The translations under genes and the position numbers were made by a program. Below, one piece after another: positions 16,143 to 25,713 of a stretch of 64,000 nt of DNA (positions are counted from its first letter, which is position 1; each line of letters starts with the position of its first letter). The notes beneath the pieces were generated by a model. It saw only the letters and a program-made list of their open reading frames with translations. It ran no database searches and was not told the origin of the DNA. Origin of the DNA: an uncultured bacterium (GTDB lineage: Bacteria > Patescibacteriota > Minisyncoccia > Moranbacterales > UBA2206); contig CAIMLT010000003.1 in NCBI GenBank assembly GCA_903842445.1, positions 5,696-69,695 on the forward strand, in the 5' to 3' direction.

Positions 16143-17375
16143 TCAGTCTTTTAATATTTCCAATTTATCCACTGCGTCGCGCGTTGCCACCGCCGCAAAT
16201 TTTCCCAAGGGGCAAAAAGTTGTGCTTTCTAGTGTCCACAAAATATCTTGCATTGCTTCCTTATCTCTTTGCGAAATTTCGCCATCTGCTAAACGTTCGA
16301 TAATCTCATTGAGTCGAAAAGTTCCTTCGCGACAAGGAATACATTTTCCACAAGATTCGCGCCGAAAAAATCCAGTCCAGGATAATAGCAAATCATAGAT
16401 ATTTATTGATTTATCTACAACTAAAATTGTCCCTGACCCAAGGGGAATATTATTATTTTTTCCATAGTCTAGTTTTTCATCTAATTCTTTTTCAGTTGCC
16501 AATCTTCCACTTGCTCCACCGACTTGCGCAAACCAAAAATCCTTCCCTCTCGGAAGTCCTCTGCCTAAAGTTTCTATCGCTTCACGAATTGTAATTCCAG
16601 TTGGCGCTTCAATAACGCCTTTATTTTTAACCGCACCACCAAGAATAAAAATTTTTGTGCCCGGACTATTTTTTGATCCGATCGCCGCATATTTTTTTCC
16701 CCCATTTTGAATTATGAAAGGAATATTGGCCACCGTTTCTGCATTATTTATCACTGTTGGCTTTCCAAAAAGTCCCTTTTCAGTTGGATAGGGTGGACGA
16801 ATTTTCGGCTCGCCACGATTACCCTCAATAGAATTTATGAGTGCCGTTTCTTCTCCGCAAATATAAGCACCGGCGCCAGAAAAAATTTCGATTTCTAGGA
16901 AATATTTTGATCCTAATATTTTTTCTCCCAGAAATTTATTCTTCTGCGCTTCCAAAATTGCATTTTCCAAAATATCTTTTTGCGTTTCATAATTTCCATT
17001 AATATAGACATAGGCTTTTTTTGCTCCAATAGTCAAAGCAGCTATAATTATTCCTTCGAGAAGTAAGTGCGGATTATTTTCCACAATCATTCGGTCTTTA
17101 TACGTTCCAGGTTCTGATTCATCAAAATTGCAAATAAAATATTTTTCTTTGATAGAATTTTTTGCCACTACCTCCCATTTCTGTCCAGTTGGAAAACCAG
17201 CCCCGCCGCGACCACAAAGACTTGATGATTTAATTTCCCCTAGGGCTTTTTGCTGATTCATTTTTTCAATGAATTTTTTTAGAGCGGAGTAACCACCCAC
17301 ACCCAAATAATCCTCAATTTTAAGTGGATTAATCTTACCCCAATAATTGGTCAGAATTTTTATATCTTTCATCAT
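16143..17375 (-). CDS. NuoF/HoxF-like NAD(H)/FMN-binding diaphorase subunit
   Basis: GRGGAGFPTG.KW, NFDESEPGT, GAGAYICGEETAL, ESCGKCIPCREG, CPLG. Confidence 0.93.
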   Translation of the reverse strand: MMKDIKILTNYWGKINPLKIEDYLGVGGYSALKKFIEKMNQQKALGEIKSSSLCGRGGAGFPTGQKWEVVAKNSIKEKYFICNFDESEPGTYKDRMIVENNPHLLLEGIIIAALTIGAKKAYVYINGNYETQKDILENAILEAQKNKFLGEKILGSKYFLEIEIFSGAGAYICGEETALINSIEGNRGEPKIRPPYPTEKGLFGKPTVINNAETVANIPFIIQNGGKKYAAIGSKNSPGTKIFILGGAVKNKGVIEAPTGITIREAIETLGRGLPRGKDFWFAQVGGASGRLATEKELDEKLDYGKNNNIPLGSGTILVVDKSINIYDLLLSWTGFFRRESCGKCIPCREGTFRLNEIIERLADGEISQRDKEAMQDILWTLESTTFCPLGKFAAVATRDAVDKLEILKD

Positions 17376-18863
17376 TTATGTTCCGCTATATTTAACGGGC
17401 ATTGAATATTTACCAGATATTTCGTTCGTTAAGTAATAAAATATATTATCCTTATCTTCTTTTACAACAATATCACCAACAGATTCACGCCCAAGCATGC
17501 TTCTCCATCTTCCACTTTCTAAGTCAATAAAAATTTTCTTATCGCTATAGAAAATATACTTTTCATCAATTGGATGAAAGTCGCTTTGCTTATTTAATGG
17601 ATATTTATTTATCACTCTAAATACTGGATTACTTTTATTGTAAGGATCTTGAGAGATTATAAATACATCATTCATGCTATATTTATCACGATTTGGGTTT
17701 TTGATTCTTAAACTTTCCAAATCAATTCCCACCTCATTTGCATATACTAAACAATATATTTTTTTATTAGAATAAGTAACATTGCTACAATCATTTAATT
17801 TTGGGAAATTTTCTATGTTAGGTTCTATGCTGTTATCAGATACGAACTCCGCCACATTGAGAAGCACATATATCTTTCTATTTTTATCATAATAAAGCTT
17901 GTCTTTTTCATCATCCCAAGAGAATCCCTCTGGAAGAATTTCCTTACCACCATAGCTAAATAGCTTCTTCCTAAATGGAGCTTTTCTGTACACCTCTCTA
18001 TATTTTTTTGATTCAACATCAAATAAAATAAGCACCACATCTTCCGAAGATTCATCGTCATATTGACAGGTCAAATATTTTTCACTAACAGACCATTCGC
18101 ATTTTTCAGGACAAATATGGGAACTAGACTCATGCAACTTCTTTTTCGCCACACAGACATCTAAAATTGGCGTTAAATCGCTCGTCTTATATATATATTT
18201 CTCGAAATTAGGCTTGGTTTTCTTGAAATCAACATCAGCTAAGAAATACGATCCCTTGGGAGAAATAAACTCAAAAGCTAAAAAATTATGCAATTCTGAA
18301 TTATTTCTATCAAAAGTCCTGAGAACATTCCTCTCTGAACCGTCTATTTTACTCACCACAATTGAAGATTTGCTATTGCTAGACTCAACTCCGTTGTCAT
18401 ATTCAATATAATATTCTAAGTATATAAATTTAGCATCTGATTTGATAACATCGTTAAACTCGTACTTCTGATTATATTCTATTTTATATTCCTTCTCTTG
18501 ATTATACCCTGTCGATCCACTTAAGAGTTGTATCCCTAGAGCAACTATGGCCAAAGATGCAGAGCCAATCAGAAATCTTTTTTTAAATTTGTAAAAAAAA
18601 TCTGCTCTATATTTTAAGATTATAAAAATCAATGTAAGCTCAATGAGTAAAAATGAGTAGTAAAATAAAAAAAATGGTTCAAATATACCTCCGGCAACGC
18701 CAAACATATAAATAATTGTTCCGGCACCAAGAAGAGACATCTCGCCACCAAACACATCTCCTATCTCAAGAAGTAGCCCTGTTAGATAAACCACAGAAGA
18801 AAAATCAACAAACAGACAAATGTACACAAGCACGGAAAAGAAAAATATTTTTATATTTTTCAT
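17376..18863 (-). CDS. Hypothetical protein: N-terminal multi-TM region and beta-rich soluble domain
   Basis: 495-aa ORF, about 4 hydrophobic helices then an aromatic-rich domain; no motif recognised. Confidence 0.6.
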   Translation of the reverse strand: MKNIKIFFFSVLVYICLFVDFSSVVYLTGLLLEIGDVFGGEMSLLGAGTIIYMFGVAGGIFEPFFLFYYSFLLIELTLIFIILKYRADFFYKFKKRFLIGSASLAIVALGIQLLSGSTGYNQEKEYKIEYNQKYEFNDVIKSDAKFIYLEYYIEYDNGVESSNSKSSIVVSKIDGSERNVLRTFDRNNSELHNFLAFEFISPKGSYFLADVDFKKTKPNFEKYIYKTSDLTPILDVCVAKKKLHESSSHICPEKCEWSVSEKYLTCQYDDESSEDVVLILFDVESKKYREVYRKAPFRKKLFSYGGKEILPEGFSWDDEKDKLYYDKNRKIYVLLNVAEFVSDNSIEPNIENFPKLNDCSNVTYSNKKIYCLVYANEVGIDLESLRIKNPNRDKYSMNDVFIISQDPYNKSNPVFRVINKYPLNKQSDFHPIDEKYIFYSDKKIFIDLESGRWRSMLGRESVGDIVVKEDKDNIFYYLTNEISGKYSMPVKYSGT

Positions 18864-18888
18864 ATTTTTTATTGTTTAATAATTATTT

Positions 18889-19341
18889 CTATATCCACTC
18901 CGCAAAAATTTTATATATAGAGCTTGCTGTGACCCTCTCATAAACTTTCCTATTGACAATGACGATTGGTCCATCTCCGCAACGCCCAAGACAACTGATT
19001 TTTTTCAATCTTACTTTTGGATTAAATTTATCTCCAACTCTAATCCGAAAATGGTTTTCGATCTCCCGGATGACATTAGTTGATTGACCTAAATTGCAAT
19101 CGCCTCCTGAGCAAACCTTAATCTCCAAATTCGCCGGTTTTTTAGTCTCAACTAAATCATAAAAGCTAGCTGTTTCATAAATCTTAGTGATTGGAAATTC
19201 AAAATACTCAGCAATCTTCTGGGAATCTTTTTCACAGATATAACCAAAATTCTTGCTGATTTTCTTTAGCGCTAAAAGCAAATTCTGCGCTACCGGATCA
19301 AACTCTAGCAATATTTTTTCAACTGTAATATTGTTTCTCAT
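18889..19341 (-). CDS. NuoE/HoxE-like 2Fe-2S subunit
   Basis: IYETASFY, KVCSGGDC, SCLGRCGDGP. Confidence 0.92.
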   Translation of the reverse strand: MRNNITVEKILLEFDPVAQNLLLALKKISKNFGYICEKDSQKIAEYFEFPITKIYETASFYDLVETKKPANLEIKVCSGGDCNLGQSTNVIREIENHFRIRVGDKFNPKVRLKKISCLGRCGDGPIVIVNRKVYERVTASSIYKIFAEWI

Positions 19342-19399
19342 ATTTGCATTATACCATGTTAAAAATAAAAACTGAAACTCTTGTTCCAGTTTTTAATAT

Positions 19400-19543
19400 T
19401 CAGACTTATGCATTCGTCCGGAAAAAGTCCGCACATTCGTTTCTCTTAGCATACAGAGGCTCTTGGTAAAGCAAGAAAGAAAAGCCAAGGCAAGGAAAAC
19501 ACGCTTTTAGGATTTTTTTTTGGGCGAATGCGTAAGTCCTGAT
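19400..19543. mobile_element. MITE-like element with imperfect terminal inverted repeats
   Basis: Left GACTTATGCATTCGTCCGGAAAAAGTCC; right GGATTTTTTTTTGGGCGAATGCGTAAGTC; second copy at 14221-14333. Confidence 0.7.
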
Positions 19544-19565
19544 ATGATCAATTTAGCTATGCGTT

Positions 19566-20429
19566 CTAGGCCTTCCCGTCACTACCAAAAATTTTTATTT
19601 TATATTTAACAGTTTCTTTGACAGCGTCTCGCGCGCCTCCCAGAAGTTTTCGTAAATCAAAACCCAACTCGCCCTGATTATTCACTGAGTTAATTAAGCT
19701 ATTCATAAAAGCAATTTGAATCGCTGTAGCAACATTAAAACAACTAACCCCATTTTTAATAGCTTCCGCCACTCGACCGCTTTCCCAATCTGATGCGCCG
19801 TGCAAAACAAAAGGCAGTTGGCAACTTTTATTAATCATTGCCATTCGATCAAAATCTGGCTCGGCTCTTTCCTTGAGAAATCCATGAGCATTTCCGATTG
19901 CCACCGCCAACGCGTCAATTCCCGTCTCTTCCACAAAATTCTTGGCCTGAGCCGGATCAGTCATATATTTATCCCAATCTATATCCTCCATCTGAGCTTC
20001 TCCCAAATAGGGCACGTTACCCAGTTCTCCCTGCACTTCTACTCCTTTTTCATGACAAAAATCAACTACCTTTTTAGTAATTTCCAGATTATCCGAAAAA
20101 ACTTTCCGCGATCCATCATACATTACAGAAGTGAAACCGATAGCCACGGCCCTTTGAATTATTTCAAAGCTTTTCCCGTGGTCCAAGTGAATTCCAATTG
20201 GAATTTCCGACGCATAAAACTCGGCGTCGTTTTTGACTAGATTATAAATTAATCTGCCCCCGGAATATTCCATTACTTTTTCCGTAATCTGAATAATAAC
20301 CGGCGAGCGCATTTCTTTCGCCCCTTCCACAATTGCTCGGGTTGTTTCCAAGTTTACCGTATTAAAAGCACCCACGGCATACCCGCCTTCCTTGGCTTTT
20401 GTTAAAATTTCCTTGACTGAAGCAATCAT
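19566..20429 (-). CDS. fba: Class II fructose-bisphosphate aldolase
   Basis: YAVGAFN, HLDHG, SVMYDGS, LAVAIGNAHG, VLHGAS. Confidence 0.95.
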   Translation of the reverse strand: MIASVKEILTKAKEGGYAVGAFNTVNLETTRAIVEGAKEMRSPVIIQITEKVMEYSGGRLIYNLVKNDAEFYASEIPIGIHLDHGKSFEIIQRAVAIGFTSVMYDGSRKVFSDNLEITKKVVDFCHEKGVEVQGELGNVPYLGEAQMEDIDWDKYMTDPAQAKNFVEETGIDALAVAIGNAHGFLKERAEPDFDRMAMINKSCQLPFVLHGASDWESGRVAEAIKNGVSCFNVATAIQIAFMNSLINSVNNQGELGFDLRKLLGGARDAVKETVKYKIKIFGSDGKA

Positions 20430-20446
20430 GTTTTTATTATCTATAA

Positions 20447-21211
20447 TTAACCATTTATTATTTCCACTATTTTGATAAAACTTCGCGGCGTTAGACTTTC
20501 CTTGCCCACCAAGGCACCCTTCATTCCAGAATCAACACAAATTTCTTTGGCATTATTTGGCGCAACTGACCCACCATAAATAATTCGTATTTTTTCAGAA
20601 ACTCTTAGTCCATATTCTCCAACTAAGAATTTTTTTATAATCAATCTGGCACTCATAACATCATTAGTAGTTGGCAGATGATCCGGGTTATTAGAACTGA
20701 TTGCCCAAACAGGCTCATAGCAAATTACAACATTTTCAATCTGGCCATTTTTAATTCCAGCGAGGCAATTTTTCAGTTGTTTTATAATAACACCGGCTCC
20801 TTCATTTTTTTGATTAGCATCCTCTCCGACACAAAGAACCGGAGAAATTCCATTTCGCAATGCCGCAATTATTTTCAAATTTACATCTTGATCATTCTCT
20901 CGAAGGAAGCGTCTTCTTTCGCTATGTCCCAAAACCACATATTCACAACCAAAATTTTTAAGCATAACTGGGGAAATTTCTCCAGTAAATGAACCCTTAT
21001 CTTCCCAAAAAACATCTAGCGCCCCCCTACTAATTTTTTTATTTTTCCATTTTCCAAGGCCTTCAAGATGAATAAATGGAGGGCAGATAACAATCTCCGT
21101 GTCGGAAAATTTCTTACCAATAAGCTCCTTGTCCAGTCCTTTCAAATATACTTCGCGCTCCAAAACAGACAAGATGTTCATTTTCAAATTAGCAACTACG
21201 ATATTTTTCAT
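20447..21211 (-). CDS. tpiA: Triosephosphate isomerase
   Basis: ANLKMN, GSFTGEIS, GHSERR, YEPVWAI, YGGSV. Confidence 0.96.
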   Translation of the reverse strand: MKNIVVANLKMNILSVLEREVYLKGLDKELIGKKFSDTEIVICPPFIHLEGLGKWKNKKISRGALDVFWEDKGSFTGEISPVMLKNFGCEYVVLGHSERRRFLRENDQDVNLKIIAALRNGISPVLCVGEDANQKNEGAGVIIKQLKNCLAGIKNGQIENVVICYEPVWAISSNNPDHLPTTNDVMSARLIIKKFLVGEYGLRVSEKIRIIYGGSVAPNNAKEICVDSGMKGALVGKESLTPRSFIKIVEIING

Positions 21212-21229
21212 ATTACTTATACTTAATAT

Positions 21230-21646
21230 TTAGGTATTTTCTCGCTTTACTTGCCGATAAGTCAGTATAATCTTAACTAGCGAAGTTATGACAAAAATAG
21301 TATAGAATATTCCGATAATCAGGATATCAAATCCACCAGCCATAGTTGCAACCATTCCACCGCCTCGGTTTTGAGAGTTAAATAAAAAAGTGACCAGCAT
21401 AATTACCGGCACAAACCAGAGAGCAAATCTCCACCAAGCCCGAAAAACCTCTTCGCGCATTTTGTAGGTGATGAGAGAAAAGATAAAAACTGGAATTAAG
21501 AAAATAAAGTAAAGCAATAGCCATCCCAGAATACTATCGTCATGTATTCTACATCGATCAGCTTCACATACTAAACTAATTAAAAAAGCTGCGACAAAAT
21601 AAAAAACATACGCCAATGAAATCAGCAAAACACTTTTTTTACTCAT
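21230..21646 (-). CDS. Small integral membrane protein (about 4 TM)
   Basis: 138 aa with four hydrophobic segments. Confidence 0.65.
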   Translation of the reverse strand: MSKKSVLLISLAYVFYFVAAFLISLVCEADRCRIHDDSILGWLLLYFIFLIPVFIFSLITYKMREEVFRAWWRFALWFVPVIMLVTFLFNSQNRGGGMVATMAGGFDILIIGIFYTIFVITSLVKIILTYRQVKRENT

Positions 21647-21663
21647 ATTTTTAAAAAAATTAA

Positions 21664-24600
21664 TTAATATTTTACTTCAATCGCGCCCTGCTTAGTCACT
21701 AATGCAGGGATAACCATGCCTGACAATTTCTGTTTAACCGGGCGATTGTCTATATCGTTGTCGTCGTCATTACTATCATCTAATTCTTGCGGCTTGGTCA
21801 TAATAATCGTGATATTTTTTTTGGGTCGATAGTGAGATTCAACGGCAATAGACGCCGTGCGCAAATGAGTCGCGAACATCGCATATGCCACGCCCTTTTT
21901 TCCAGTATTCCAGTTATACCTTGCTACCGTATCACTAAGCTCAGCTATGCTTCCGTTGTAGCTCACAGATTTGAGTTCGACAGCAATTCTCCGCTCACGA
22001 TTTTGCAGTTTTTCCGCATACACTAGAACAGTCGTGTTTCCCGCTTGATCTTTCAGTGTAGCTGTTGTTATTTTCTCTTTTGGTTTTTGATTTTTTTTAG
22101 TTACTTGCGAAGTTGTATATGTTACCGTAGTTGGATTTTCATCAATACCTTCCACGACAATTAAATTGGTTTTGGTATCAAAAAATATTCGAGCTTCCGG
22201 CGGAGTTTGATCGGCTGGTGGCAACGTGACTATTTCGCCAATTTTTGGTTTTAGCGAAAAATCAGGTGTACCGTCACCCGCAAAGTCGATAACTAATGGC
22301 GCGGCGCCTTGAATGGTTCCATCAGCCACTTCCATCGTAACTTTAGTTTTGTCAGAAGTTGGAATGCCCGCAAAAGTTGTTTCTGCTATGACAGCTTCGT
22401 TTTCCACTTCTTGCATTTCCAAAGTAAACGAACCTTCGGCTAGTCCGTCTAAAACTAAAGTATGCGCTGTTACCGCTGGCAAAGAAATATATTGAACTTC
22501 GCCAAAACGCTTATAGTTTGCGCTGGAAATAGTTGAAGCTGTGGCGCTAATTTCATTGCCAGAAGCATCATGAGCTGAAAGAGCAAGTGGTGAATGCAAA
22601 ATGTAGCGCAAGCGTTTTTCAGACTTACTTGCTGGTTTTGAATTTGAAAGATACTTGGGAAGCACTGTGTTTGATTTAGTTAGGATATTATTTTTGATAA
22701 AATTTCGCAGTTCTGAAACCTCCAAAATATCAGCATGCTCTCTTTTTGAAGTAAATACATCATTATAATCATCCAAATCCACCCAAAATCTCTTCACATT
22801 TTCGCTGTCCGCACTCATCGCCAATGCGCTTGGCGCGACGACTGTGCCGTCACCATCAATCACCATTTCCGGCGTATATTGCAACTTTGGTTTTGTTTCG
22901 AAACATTGATTTTGAAAATATTTCACGCATTCCATGCCTGTAAAGTATTTTATCCCTCCCAGCGTTTCCTCTCCAAATCCGGCAATTTGATAAACTGAAA
23001 TAGGGGCTGGAACTGTCCAATTGTCATCCAATGATTGATGAATATTTTCTCCATATGTTAGCAACTGAGAATTGATTTTACTTGGGCTGGAAACATTATC
23101 CGAATCAGCCGAAACTTTATTATCTCCATCCGAGAGAAAACTTTGCAATTTTTCTGAAGTTTTAATTTCAGTGCCATATTTGCCAATAAACGATTGAGTA
23201 AGTGTTCCATCTTCAAATGAAACAACTGGTGTATTTGTTTCACTACCATTACCACCGAAATATGCTTCTGATGGGAGAAGTTGGTAAGCGCTCGGCATAT
23301 TATTCGCTAGTATTCTCGCATTTTTTGGAGAAAGAAAAAGCGTCAACCAATCTGTCGGCAAGCCTTGATCGAAACCATGCAAAAGCCCGCCGATTGCTTG
23401 TGGCGTTCCCGCTTGTGGCACAGCCACAAACACAATTTTATCAATCAAATCCGTGGCTTCCGCTCCCAGTTTGTTGGTTAGAGCTTTCGCAACCAATCCG
23501 CCATTGGAATGAGCAATAATGGTCACTTTGCCAGTTTTTGAGGTACCAGCCAAGCGTCGCAGTTCTTTTATGATATATGGCGCGATTGATTTTCCGGCAT
23601 ACGAAATATGATTGCCCTCTGAAACCATTCCTCCCTCTAAAATATCTTCCAATGTTAAGCGCCAATCATATGGGATGGCCGAATAATCATTGATAATTTT
23701 TTCATCATTTTTCCATTTATTCAAATCAGAAAGAAATGATTTATAGATATTTTTTTGTCCTATGGGTGACACATTAACTTCATCGATCACGTCTCTGGTA
23801 TAGATATCGGAATCCACACTCTTGCCATCCTTGTCTAAAAACAATTTCTCAACATCAACATTACGGTTAGGTTCCCAAAGTTGGTTTTCATCTCCATCTG
23901 CATCTTCCGCATATAGCCGACTGGCTTCAAGTCCCGGCAAGAAAAGAACATTTGATGCGCCACCGACCGTGGCAGTATTTTCAATTTTTGTCGTGCTAAA
24001 GCCAGATAAGGTATAATCACCAACAAGTTTTTCTCCCTCAGCACCAGGCGTTAACTCAGTTTTAGGACCACTGGAATGACCGTACCAATTATTTTTTAAA
24101 ACAACTTTGGTTTTATTTCGCCAACTTGGATCATTTTTTAGAATCATATTGCACTTTTCGGTACAAACTTTACCATAAACACTATAATCATCCGGATAAG
24201 CACTTTTACAATCATTAAAACAATCATTAAACAATGTTTCCCGCAGTCCTGTATTTATGACTTCGGCCGCTAGGGCGGTGTCTTGAGGATTGTTATAAAA
24301 ATTTGAACTTTCAATGTGCAGATAACTCTGCGTGTTCCACTCGTTATAGTTCATATCAACCTCTACATCCTTAAAAGCATTGTTTACGAAATCACAGTTA
24401 TTCATCACAATCTTTCCCGAATTAAGCAATATGGCCGAAGAAGTTACTTCCCTCGGAGCAGCATGAGCAGTTGGAAAAAATATATCCCTAAGATTACTCT
24501 TCATACTAACCCCGCCAATACAATTATCCGTGTCATAAGAATAATAACCACCCATTTGAGAAAATTCTACAAATTCAAAAACAGAAACCGGATCATCTTC

Positions 24601-25008
24601 TGTTTCACCGGGTCCCCCAAATTCAATATTGGGCGATATTCCCAAATAACAACGCGGATCGGAAATTCCATCTTCCGAAAGAACCGGCTGAATTCCGGTT
24701 AATTTAATTTTTTCTTCTTTCGTGCCCCGAGCGATAACATTGCCATAAATATACAAGTGACGTATCGCCAGCTGGGTTCCTTTTTCAATTGTCAGAGTCG
24801 CGCCCCATTCAACATAAATACTTTCGTATTGCGACAGATCGGTTTCTCTATTCCAAGTCGTATTCTCGGTGATATACAACTCTTCGAGTGGCTGCGCTTC
24901 TCCAATTGCCACATTCCAAGAGAAATTTAAAAGATCAATCCGCAAGGGACTGATTACAAAGAAAAAGATTAAAGCCGCAACGCCCAAATTTTTACTTATT
25001 TTTCTCAT
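21664..25008 (-). CDS. Large exported protein with beta-helix-like N-terminus and central alpha/beta-hydrolase (lipase/LCAT-like) domain
   Basis: Probable start MRKISK (25008) followed by a signal or anchor helix; VLFLPGLEASRL, PYDWRL, IIAHSNGGL nucleophile elbow, PQAGTP, DGDGTV, EHADI. Confidence 0.78.
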   Translation of the reverse strand: MRKISKNLGVAALIFFFVISPLRIDLLNFSWNVAIGEAQPLEELYITENTTWNRETDLSQYESIYVEWGATLTIEKGTQLAIRHLYIYGNVIARGTKEEKIKLTGIQPVLSEDGISDPRCYLGISPNIEFGGPGETEDDPVSVFEFVEFSQMGGYYSYDTDNCIGGVSMKSNLRDIFFPTAHAAPREVTSSAILLNSGKIVMNNCDFVNNAFKDVEVDMNYNEWNTQSYLHIESSNFYNNPQDTALAAEVINTGLRETLFNDCFNDCKSAYPDDYSVYGKVCTEKCNMILKNDPSWRNKTKVVLKNNWYGHSSGPKTELTPGAEGEKLVGDYTLSGFSTTKIENTATVGGASNVLFLPGLEASRLYAEDADGDENQLWEPNRNVDVEKLFLDKDGKSVDSDIYTRDVIDEVNVSPIGQKNIYKSFLSDLNKWKNDEKIINDYSAIPYDWRLTLEDILEGGMVSEGNHISYAGKSIAPYIIKELRRLAGTSKTGKVTIIAHSNGGLVAKALTNKLGAEATDLIDKIVFVAVPQAGTPQAIGGLLHGFDQGLPTDWLTLFLSPKNARILANNMPSAYQLLPSEAYFGGNGSETNTPVVSFEDGTLTQSFIGKYGTEIKTSEKLQSFLSDGDNKVSADSDNVSSPSKINSQLLTYGENIHQSLDDNWTVPAPISVYQIAGFGEETLGGIKYFTGMECVKYFQNQCFETKPKLQYTPEMVIDGDGTVVAPSALAMSADSENVKRFWVDLDDYNDVFTSKREHADILEVSELRNFIKNNILTKSNTVLPKYLSNSKPASKSEKRLRYILHSPLALSAHDASGNEISATASTISSANYKRFGEVQYISLPAVTAHTLVLDGLAEGSFTLEMQEVENEAVIAETTFAGIPTSDKTKVTMEVADGTIQGAAPLVIDFAGDGTPDFSLKPKIGEIVTLPPADQTPPEARIFFDTKTNLIVVEGIDENPTTVTYTTSQVTKKNQKPKEKITTATLKDQAGNTTVLVYAEKLQNRERRIAVELKSVSYNGSIAELSDTVARYNWNTGKKGVAYAMFATHLRTASIAVESHYRPKKNITIIMTKPQELDDSNDDDNDIDNRPVKQKLSGMVIPALVTKQGAIEVKY

Positions 25009-25061
25009 TTTTTTACCCAACTCACCTAGAATTTTGCCTAGGTTATTTTTTAGAAAATTAA

Positions 25062-25688
25062 TTATTTTTTCCTTAACCATTCTTTTAAAATCTTAAATAT
25101 AGCCGGTAAAACCGAAACCGCAATTATTCCCATAATTACAATAGAAAAATTATCTCTGATGATAGGAATATTGCCAAAAAAATAGCCTGCCAAAACAAAA
25201 CCAAAAACCCAAACAAAACTTCCGGAAATACTATAAAAAATAAATTTTTGATATTGCATTTTCCCAATTCCCGCCACAAACGGGGCAAATGTCCGAATTA
25301 TGGGCATAAAGCGGGCCAAAAAAACAGTCTTTCCTCCATGTTTTTGATAGAATTCTTGCGTCTGATCAATATGGTTTTGATTGATGGGAATATGTTTATT
25401 GCTGACAATTTTTTTCCCAAAATAAAATCCGATCCAATAATTAATATTATCCCCAAAAAAAGCCGCCGCCAAAAGAAGCGGGGCAATGATTACAACATTA
25501 AATGATCCGGTGGCCGAAAACATTCCTGCCGCAAAAAGAAGCGAATCTCCCGGCAAAAATGGAGTAAAGACAAACCCTGTTTCCGCAAAAATGATCGCAA
25601 ATAAAATGCCATAGGTCAAGCTTCCATAATCAGCGATAATTTCTCCCAAATGGACATCCACATTCAAAATAAAATCGATAAAACCCAT
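25062..25688 (-). CDS. dedA: DedA family membrane protein
   Basis: IFAETG..PFLPGDSLLFAAG, GDNINY, ARFMPIIRTFAPFVAG. Confidence 0.95.
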   Translation of the reverse strand: MGFIDFILNVDVHLGEIIADYGSLTYGILFAIIFAETGFVFTPFLPGDSLLFAAGMFSATGSFNVVIIAPLLLAAAFFGDNINYWIGFYFGKKIVSNKHIPINQNHIDQTQEFYQKHGGKTVFLARFMPIIRTFAPFVAGIGKMQYQKFIFYSISGSFVWVFGFVLAGYFFGNIPIIRDNFSIVIMGIIAVSVLPAIFKILKEWLRKK

Positions 25689-25713
25689 AAAGCTAAATTT
25701 TTTAATTATTAAT

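Noticed and set aside
14569-19341. Respiratory complex I (nuo operon) or an active [FeFe]-hydrogenase
   Set aside because: No membrane Nuo subunits; H-cluster cysteine motifs and hydEFG are absent from the window.
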